Shown piece by piece: positions 47,242-54,005 of a stretch of 54,005 nucleotides of DNA (position 1 is its first letter; each line of letters starts with the position of its first letter). The notes beneath the pieces are model-generated. The model made no database searches. It saw nothing but the letters and a program-made list of their open reading frames with translations, and had not been told where the DNA came from. The translations under genes were made by a program, and so were the position numbers. The stretch lies in sequence record SRR20825019_2721; one strand, written 5' to 3'.

Positions 47242-47324
47242 TCGCAAGCGGGCTTTTGGGAAAAGGATTGTTTACCACGGCGTTATAGGGTCGATGGTGA
47301 TACCTCTCTTGACCCGAAGTCCTT

Positions 47325-48542
47325 ATGAGCCAGCCTGCCACGAGCACTCCCGTTGCACCGCCGCCGCCCTCAAGCTCTGAGGGCGGGGCGAACGCGAGTG
47401 CGCGCCGTCCTTTCTGCGGCCTGATCGATCCGGTGCTGGTGAATGAACCCGTGCTGTTCCCGCTCGGCAGTTCGGTCAGCGTCGAAGCCGCCAGGGGTGC
47501 CTGGGTCTGGGTTGTACGCGACCTGTGTTCGGACCTGATCTCCGCCGATGGCGTCGCCAACGGCAATTTTACAGCGGCCGATCTTGAGCCCCTGATGCCC
47601 GAAGTTTTGGCGCGCATGAAGGTCGCGCTGGAAAAGATTGACGGCGATAACGAGGCTATGCGCCGCCTGCGAGCCCAATCGGGTCGCGACAATTTCAGGG
47701 ACGAAGCGTCTGTGGTCGTGGCGGCACTCAAGGCGCGGGCTTTGTTGCCGAAGGCCCAGGGGTTCGGCCGGGCCGTCAACACCATGACCGACGAGGCTGC
47801 GCTCGGCGTGGCCTTGCAGTCCATGCCGGTGCAGGATCCCAAACTGGCCGGGTTGATGTTCCATACCGCGATTGGGCAGGTGGCCAATCCAACGCGCCTG
47901 GTCACAGCCGTGATCAAGTTGAGCGGTAGTGCCAACGAACAGGTCATCGCGCGCAACGGCTTTGCGCCCCTGATTGAAGCCATCCTGGGACAGGCGCAGA
48001 ACCAGCTCAAGAACCTGCAATTGAGTGGTCCCTTTGCAGACGTGGATATGGCCTGCAGGAGCCTGGACCGTTTTCACCGCCTCGTGCGGTCGCTGACCGG
48101 CTATGTCGAATTCGCCCGCGGCAGTCGTTCGACGCAGGTACTGGCGACGATCACCAAGATGGTGTCGGACCGGGTCGAACCGCGCCTCAAGGAGGTCGTT
48201 ACCGATCTCAACCAGGCCATGCGCCGCCCGCGCGAGGGGACTGACCGGATCGACAATGACCGCCTGCTGGGTGCCATCAACGGTGTCTATTTGCTATCTG
48301 CCGTCCGTGATTGCCGCGATTCACTGGCGCTCAACGCCGTGTTCGATCAAGCCTGGAGCCAGACGGGGCAGGCGTTGGAACTGCATATCCAGCGTAATCT
48401 GGATCTGTTGCGTCAGAATCCCGACGATGCGGTGACGGGGGAAAGGTTGAATGCGGCCATCAAAATGGCCGAGATTCGATTCAACCCTGAATACGCCGAC
48501 ACGCTGAAACGCGCCCGGGCTGCAGCGGAGCGGCGTGCCTGA
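47325..48542 (+). CDS. Helical hypothetical protein
   Basis: 405-aa ORF with coding-like composition; no catalytic motif recognised. Confidence 0.7.
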   Translation: MSQPATSTPVAPPPPSSSEGGANASARRPFCGLIDPVLVNEPVLFPLGSSVSVEAARGAWVWVVRDLCSDLISADGVANGNFTAADLEPLMPEVLARMKVALEKIDGDNEAMRRLRAQSGRDNFRDEASVVVAALKARALLPKAQGFGRAVNTMTDEAALGVALQSMPVQDPKLAGLMFHTAIGQVANPTRLVTAVIKLSGSANEQVIARNGFAPLIEAILGQAQNQLKNLQLSGPFADVDMACRSLDRFHRLVRSLTGYVEFARGSRSTQVLATITKMVSDRVEPRLKEVVTDLNQAMRRPREGTDRIDNDRLLGAINGVYLLSAVRDCRDSLALNAVFDQAWSQTGQALELHIQRNLDLLRQNPDDAVTGERLNAAIKMAEIRFNPEYADTLKRARAAAERRA

Positions 48543-50522
48543 TCAGGTCTCCAGCGGCGCAGTTTGCGCGCGCACGATCTGCCCCTTTTCCCGGACTGTG
48601 ACTGGATAGTGCGCGGAGGTGGCCCTGGCGACCACCAGCCCCACGGCTCCGGCCGGATCGTGGCGCAAGACCACGCCAATCGACTGCTCTGGATGCCTGG
48701 CGTCGGAATTGGGGAAGATCAGTGCTCCGGGCTCCAATATGCGCGCTTCACTCGGGACTATGCGAACCATACTGGCCTCTGGGCCATAGCGTCCGATGAG
48801 GAAAGCCGGAACTTCGGTGGCTGCGATGGGAACCCAGGTGTTGGGGTCGGGTCGTTCCTCTTCGACGGACAGAGGCACGGACGCGACCCGTTCCTGCGCG
48901 ACGATGCCCGCAGCTTCCGCCGGGATGAGCGCGAGATCCACGCCAGCCGCGACTTCGTTCACTGCAAGGGCCTGGGGAGCTTCAGAAAGGAGCGTCAGTC
49001 GGTCTGAGGGCTGTCGCCAGAACATCAGTCTGTTTTTGCGTGCCGCCTCGGTTGGACGTTGCAGCAGACCGATTCCGGCGTCGAGATAGGTTGGTGCGCC
49101 TTCGGCGATCATCGGGGCGATAGCGAGCGGGCCGTCGGGTGTTTCGTGCAGCGGGTCAACGATCGGGTCATCCACCGCTCGGCGCTCCCGGCCAAGGAGT
49201 TGATCAATGGCGTCAGCGCCACTCTGGATGCATCCGCGGCGTGTGAAATAGCCCGCCGCACTGCCGGCCAGGGCTATAGAGTCCGGACGCCCTTGTGCCT
49301 CGATCCTGCCGCGGCCTGCATGCCAGGCGCTGGCGCCGCCAGCTATATGCCACAAGGTCAGGTCGGGCTGCCAACCGCCACAGACCAGCAGGCGGTCTGT
49401 GACCAGGGTGGCCCCATGCCGGCTCTCCGTGTGGACGGAAAGCAGGCCACCGGCGCGGGCAGTGCCGGCCGAGGCCACCACGGTGCCAGGCGATTGCACC
49501 ATTCCATAGGCGCGCGAGAAGGCAATGAAACGCGACGCGGATTCAGGGCGAGCGTCGAGAATGCGGCCAATTTCGACACCGGCATCGCTGGCCAGCATAG
49601 CCAGGCGGTAGGCCGGATTGCTGCCGGTTGCCACTATGGCGCGGTGGCCCGTCCACACGCCAAAACGCGTCGCCATTTCATACGCATCCAGGCACCCGGC
49701 AACACCGGGTAGCCGGTTGCCCGCAAATATCGGCAGGCGCTCAAGCGCGCCAGTGGCGATGATCATGCGCGCGGCGGCAATATCAATAACGCGGCCACGG
49801 CTGCTGCCGGGTGTGGTTTCGATCCGGTGAGCACGTGCCAGGCCAGGTCTTATCGAAAACACCTGGGTCGCGGTCAGGACGGTGATCGCCTCGGCTGCTT
49901 CGACCTCGGCACTCAGGCGCGCCATGCTTTCCTCTGGGGCGTCCTCTCCTTCCTGGGTGCCGAAAAGTCCCGAATGCCCGCCGAGAAATCCCCTTGCCTC
50001 GACAAGTGTGACGGATAGCCCAGCCCGTGCGCCGGCCAGTGCCGCTGAAAGGCCCGCGACACCCCCGCCGATGACCAGTAGATCCGTGCTGGTGTCGGCC
50101 GCGCCCGGAATAGTGCGCCAGGGCCGGGTTAGCGGATGGGCCGCATCGAGCTTCAAACCCAGCGTGCGGCCAGGCCGAAACAGTCGCGCCATGCCACCCA
50201 AGCGCTCGGTCCCGACGGTTACGAATTCTGCGCCGTCCTGCGCCGGGGTTCTGGCCATGGGGAGCGCAAATTGCGGGTCATTGGCAAGGCTGGCATGGCT
50301 GATGGCCGGGTGGGCCCGCGATGTGAGGCCAATGGGGCTATTCAGATACTCGCCCACAGTGTCGATGCCTGCTGCCAGTGCGGCGCTCAGCACCGTATCA
50401 CCAGCAAATCCTGACACAATTCGCCCATCGAGACGGAACTGCAGCGGCTTGGTGCGGTCAATGGCCGTGCCGGCAAAGCCTTTGGGTGCACTTTCCGGCA
50501 GCCGGTTGATCTGCGGCCTCAT
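48543..50522 (-). CDS. Divergent, shortened sarcosine oxidase alpha-subunit-like protein
   Basis: IDRTKPLQFRLDG...GFAGDTVLSA, VIGGGVAGLSAA, IATGALERLPIFAGNRLPGV, GGWQP; 659 aa; ATGA overlap with the upstream gene. Confidence 0.72.
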   Translation of the reverse strand: MRPQINRLPESAPKGFAGTAIDRTKPLQFRLDGRIVSGFAGDTVLSAALAAGIDTVGEYLNSPIGLTSRAHPAISHASLANDPQFALPMARTPAQDGAEFVTVGTERLGGMARLFRPGRTLGLKLDAAHPLTRPWRTIPGAADTSTDLLVIGGGVAGLSAALAGARAGLSVTLVEARGFLGGHSGLFGTQEGEDAPEESMARLSAEVEAAEAITVLTATQVFSIRPGLARAHRIETTPGSSRGRVIDIAAARMIIATGALERLPIFAGNRLPGVAGCLDAYEMATRFGVWTGHRAIVATGSNPAYRLAMLASDAGVEIGRILDARPESASRFIAFSRAYGMVQSPGTVVASAGTARAGGLLSVHTESRHGATLVTDRLLVCGGWQPDLTLWHIAGGASAWHAGRGRIEAQGRPDSIALAGSAAGYFTRRGCIQSGADAIDQLLGRERRAVDDPIVDPLHETPDGPLAIAPMIAEGAPTYLDAGIGLLQRPTEAARKNRLMFWRQPSDRLTLLSEAPQALAVNEVAAGVDLALIPAEAAGIVAQERVASVPLSVEEERPDPNTWVPIAATEVPAFLIGRYGPEASMVRIVPSEARILEPGALIFPNSDARHPEQSIGVVLRHDPAGAVGLVVARATSAHYPVTVREKGQIVRAQTAPLET

Positions 50523-51595
50523 GCGGCGCGCCCTTCCATTGGCCACTGGAACTCGTCGACGCGCTCTTGCCGGCTGGTGCGGTTGACCAGATGCTGTTCA
50601 AACCACCGTGATTCTTCCGCAGAGGCTCCACCAGCCAGCCAACGGGCCAGAGCCGGTGCAATAAATGCCCCATAGCACCCGGTATTGGCGGCGATGTCCG
50701 CGCCTTGACCGGCGGCACGACCAAATGCCGGTGCTCCATCTTTGGTGGCCAACGCTGCGTAGCTCGTCTGTCCAGCCTGTTCCACTTGCCGGTTCTGCCC
50801 CAGCAGGCTCTGCACATGCTCGGAAAATGCGGCCCTCTCGCCAGGTCCGAAAGCGGCAACCCCGCCTTCGGCCTGCTGCGTCAGGAACAGTCCCTTGTCC
50901 AGATCGAGCATGATGGGGGCGGCCAGTGACCGCGTCGGTGTGGTCAGGATACTTGTATGTTGCACACGCTGGAAAAGGGTCGGCCATTGGCGCAGAGGTA
51001 GCCATGCCACGATCGCCTCGTCGTCGGCCAGGACGGCCTGTCGAGCCCTGCTTGTGTTGCCATCGCTCTCGATCTTCACCGCGCCGTCACTCTCTACGGC
51101 AATGGAATGGGACGCCAACCGCTCCACCGAACAGTCCTTCAACCAGCGCACCAGCCCAGTTTCCAGTTGCGGGCGATTCAGCCTCACAGCATCGCGAAGG
51201 ACCATGCCGAACCGGTTGCCGCCCAGCATGGATTGCCCCACTGGTTCGGCGGCAATGCCATATCCGCCGGCCATGTGCCGCATGTGGGAGAGGGCCTCAA
51301 CCGCGCGCGGGTCTTCGGCGAAAAAGACGGGGTCGACGCGCGAGAGGGCATTTCGGCCGGCGATCCGGGTCACCAGGCGTGCCGTCTCCGAAGTCGTGCC
51401 GGTCAGCATGGCCCAGCTTTGCGGTCGCGTAATGGGGGCAACGGAGAGGTCAAGGCCGCGCGGCAGCCGATAGCCGGCCCGATTCTGGCCGACGAGCAAG
51501 ACCTTCCGGCCATGTTCACCGCCCAGCAGCCCCGCCAAAAGCTGGGCCATTGGGGTGGAGCCAAAGATCGCAAAGTCGAATTCAGCCTCGCTCAT
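50519..51595 (-). CDS. Divergent FAD-dependent oxidoreductase (SoxB/DAO-like)
   Basis: FDFAIFGSTPM...LLAG..HG, SILTTP, TKDGAPAFG, GCYGAFIAPA align loosely with DAO/SoxB; canonical GxGxxG is lost. Confidence 0.6.
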   Translation of the reverse strand: MSEAEFDFAIFGSTPMAQLLAGLLGGEHGRKVLLVGQNRAGYRLPRGLDLSVAPITRPQSWAMLTGTTSETARLVTRIAGRNALSRVDPVFFAEDPRAVEALSHMRHMAGGYGIAAEPVGQSMLGGNRFGMVLRDAVRLNRPQLETGLVRWLKDCSVERLASHSIAVESDGAVKIESDGNTSRARQAVLADDEAIVAWLPLRQWPTLFQRVQHTSILTTPTRSLAAPIMLDLDKGLFLTQQAEGGVAAFGPGERAAFSEHVQSLLGQNRQVEQAGQTSYAALATKDGAPAFGRAAGQGADIAANTGCYGAFIAPALARWLAGGASAEESRWFEQHLVNRTSRQERVDEFQWPMEGRAA

Positions 51596-51733
51596 GCGGC
51601 AAATAGGCCTGCGACCACCGGCCCCTGTGGCAATGCGTCCTTGCTTTCACGTGCTGTTTTGATGGTTTTTTGCCGCATTCGGCTTATAGAGGGCCATGCC
51701 TTGCCGCGTCTGGCAGACAAGCGTTTGGGGCCC

Positions 51734-52813
51734 ATGATTTTCTGGTCGATTGCCATTGCCGTTACCGCCACTGCCTGCGCTGCCCTGTTCTATGCGGCGG
51801 CGGGTCGCACGGTCAACGCGACGACTGGCGAAATGGCTGATCAGAACAGACATTTTCGCATCGCGCTCGATGCCATCGAAGCCGATGAGCGCAATGGCAA
51901 GCTCGATGCCAGCCAAGCGGTGGCGGCCAAGGGCGAACTGGCGCGCGAAATTCTGCGCAACAAGGCGGCGCCCGCCTCTGGGCCTGCCAAGGCGCTCGGT
52001 CTGGCACCGCTCCTGTTCGGACTGGCCATCACCGCCGCACTGAGCTTAGTTCTTTATGCGTTTCTGGGGCGGCCCGACCTGCCGGCCCAACCGCTGGCAG
52101 ATCGCCCGGAACTGGTCGCGCAATCTCTTGATCTTGATGAGGCCGTGACGCGCATCGAAGCGCGGCTGGCCGAAGCGCCCGACGATCTGCGCGGTTGGCA
52201 GGTCGTCGCGCCGGCCTATGTGGAAATGGGGCGCTTTGCCGACGCGGCAGAGGCCTATCGCCGCGTGATGGAATTGACCGGCCCCAGCGCCGATCTGCGC
52301 ACCGACCTTGCCGAGGCATTGCTGCTCGATGCCAATGGCGCCGGATCCGACGATGCGATGGACCAGCTTGAGCAAGCCGCCGCGGCGGACCCGGCACATG
52401 TGCGCTCGCGTCTCTATCTGGCTGCCGAGTACATGCGTCTGGCCCGCTATGACGACGCACAGGCCTATTGGCAACAGGCCATTGCTCTGGCCGAGGGCAG
52501 TGAAGCCTGGCTGCCCGCAGCGCGGCAGGGGCTGTCGGTCGCGCAGAATGGTGGTGTCGACACGACGGCCGCAGACCAGGTCGAGATGATCCAGGGCATG
52601 GTTGGTGGCCTGGCCGAAAGACTATACGATGCGGGCGGTTCTGTCGAAGAATGGGCCCAGCTTGTCCGGTCCTATCTGGTGTTGAACGATCGCGATAATG
52701 CGCAGCGCGCCTATGATGCCGCTGTGGATGCCTATCCTGCCGCCTTTGATCGTGGCGAACTCGATACGCTTGCCCTCGATGCTGGCCTGACGCTGAACGG
52801 AGATGATCAATGA
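51734..52813 (+). CDS. ccmI: Cytochrome c biogenesis protein CcmI (CycH)
   Basis: Two TM segments, ELAREIL, LGRPDLPAQPL, PDDLRGW, TPR repeats, MVGGLAERL. Confidence 0.9.
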   Translation: MIFWSIAIAVTATACAALFYAAAGRTVNATTGEMADQNRHFRIALDAIEADERNGKLDASQAVAAKGELAREILRNKAAPASGPAKALGLAPLLFGLAITAALSLVLYAFLGRPDLPAQPLADRPELVAQSLDLDEAVTRIEARLAEAPDDLRGWQVVAPAYVEMGRFADAAEAYRRVMELTGPSADLRTDLAEALLLDANGAGSDDAMDQLEQAAAADPAHVRSRLYLAAEYMRLARYDDAQAYWQQAIALAEGSEAWLPAARQGLSVAQNGGVDTTAADQVEMIQGMVGGLAERLYDAGGSVEEWAQLVRSYLVLNDRDNAQRAYDAAVDAYPAAFDRGELDTLALDAGLTLNGDDQ

Positions 52814-53283
52814 CCATGCCGGCAAACGCCCGTCGCGGCATGACCCGCAAGCAGAAGCGCCTGGCCGTCATAGCCGGGTTGGCCCTTGTGCTCGCGATCG
52901 CCACGGCGCTGGTGCTGACCGCATTGCGTGACCAGATCGTGTTCTTCTACGCGCCAAGCGACGTGATCGCGCGCGATGTGGCACCGGGCCAGGCCATTCG
53001 TCTCGGCGGCCTGGTCAAGGATGGCAGCTGGACCCGCGACGGGCAGGACAACGTGTTCACCATTACCGATGGCGGACACGAGATTGTGGCCCAGTATGTC
53101 GGCATCCTGCCCGATCTGTTCCGTGAGGGGCAGGGGGTGGTTGCCGAGGGCAGCATTGGCCCGGATGGGCGCTTCCAGGCGAGCAATGTGCTGGCCAAGC
53201 ATGATGAGAATTACATTCCCAAGGAAGTCGTCGAGGCGCTCAAGGCGCAGGGCGAGTGGCGGCCGGAGGAGACTGTCCAGTGA
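52810..53283 (+). CDS. ccmE: Heme chaperone CcmE (CycJ)
   Basis: IRLGGLV, GILPDLFREGQGVV, LAKHDENY. Confidence 0.95.
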   Translation: MTMPANARRGMTRKQKRLAVIAGLALVLAIATALVLTALRDQIVFFYAPSDVIARDVAPGQAIRLGGLVKDGSWTRDGQDNVFTITDGGHEIVAQYVGILPDLFREGQGVVAEGSIGPDGRFQASNVLAKHDENYIPKEVVEALKAQGEWRPEETVQ

Positions 53284-54005
53284 GCATTGAGCTTGGACAT
53301 TTTGCCCTGGTTCTCGCCTTCGCCATAGCCGTCGTCTCGGCTCTGGGCGGTCTTCTGCTTTGGCAACGGGGCGAGCGCTTGGCCGCGGTGCTCGGTCAGG
53401 CCGCCATCCTCCAATTCGTTCTGGTGTCAGTGGCTTTTCTGGCCGTGGTGCATGCCTTCGTGGTGTCCGATTTCAGCCTGGCACTGGCGGCCAATCATTC
53501 GCATTCGCTCAAACCCCTGATCTTCAAGATTTCGGGCGTCTGGGGCAATCACGAAGGTTCCATGCTGCTCTGGGTATTGATCCTGGTGCTGTTCGGTGCC
53601 CTGGCGGCTGCGTTCAGCCGGAGCCTGCCGTCCGATTTGACCAATCTGGTGCTGGGCACGCAGAGCCTGCTCACAGCCGCCTTTGCCGGCTTTACGCTCT
53701 TTACCTCCAATCCCTTCGCCCGGCTTTCGCCTGCGCCACTGGAGGGGGGCGACCTCAATCCCGTGCTGCAGGATGTGGGCCTGGCCATTCACCCGCCGCT
53801 GCTCTATGCGGGCTATGTCGGCTTTTCGATCTGCTTTTCCTTTGCCATTGCCGCGCTGATTTCGGGCCGCATCGATCAGGCCTGGGCGCGCTGGGTACGC
53901 CCCTGGACCATGCTGAGCTGGACCTTCCTGACCCTTGGCATCGCGATGGGCTCGTACTGGGCCTATTACGAGCTCGGCTGGGGCGGCTGGTGGTTCTGGG
54001 ACCCG
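53280..54005 (+). CDS. ccmF: Heme lyase CcmF (CycK), runs off the right end of the window
   Basis: Translated by hand from GTG 53280: MSIELGHFAL..., WGNHEGSMLLW, HPPLLYAGYVG, WAYYELGWGGWWFWDP. Confidence 0.95.
   Translation, partial: MSIELGHFALVLAFAIAVVSALGGLLLWQRGERLAAVLGQAAILQFVLVSVAFLAVVHAFVVSDFSLALAANHSHSLKPLIFKISGVWGNHEGSMLLWVLILVLFGALAAAFSRSLPSDLTNLVLGTQSLLTAAFAGFTLFTSNPFARLSPAPLEGGDLNPVLQDVGLAIHPPLLYAGYVGFSICFSFAIAALISGRIDQAWARWVRPWTMLSWTFLTLGIAMGSYWAYYELGWGGWWFWDP

Noticed and set aside
47271-47286. CtrA-like TTTACCACGGCGTTAT upstream of the 405-aa hypothetical gene
   Set aside because: Both half-sites are mismatched.
1-54005. CRISPR arrays, rRNA, tRNA, IS elements
   Set aside because: None seen by eye; the intergenic gaps are short and show no repeat-spacer pattern, cloverleaf or transposase.

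Overview
A GC-rich alphaproteobacterial chromosome segment (Hyphomicrobiales; gene content and order suggest Devosia or a relative, which is an inference). From left to right it contains: the nasST nitrate-sensing pair; an SDR; two secreted proteins; L-asparaginase II; a RES-Xre toxin-antitoxin pair; a DUF853 ATPase with a LOG-like partner; a CheY-like protein with a Cle-type c-di-GMP motif; Fe-SOD; oligopeptidase B; and an mrpA-G antiporter operon. A regulatory block follows (mucR, gafY/gafZ-like GTA regulators, sufE, divJ-like kinase, DUF1491, DUF2336). After that come an accessory efflux islet (chrA, ABC exporter, TetR), PBP1A, ycgN, yegD, a collapsed gene transfer agent (GTA) locus, feuNPQ, a degenerate soxB/soxA-like pair and ccmI-E-F. 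The most striking feature is the GTA remnant. One uninterrupted 777-aa ORF joins the terminase ATPase N-terminus in frame to the C-terminal part of the tail 'megatron', with all head and tail genes missing. It is flanked by a small-terminase-like gene and a GH108 lysin with an in-frame holin-like tail, and the gafYZ-like regulators and a RogA-type operator are still present. Other signals read from the DNA: a TGAA/TTCA 11-bp-period box shared by feuN and two secreted-protein genes, several CtrA boxes, a structured 3'-UTR sRNA candidate and an unlisted small ORF. All calls come from motif recognition by eye; no searches were run.
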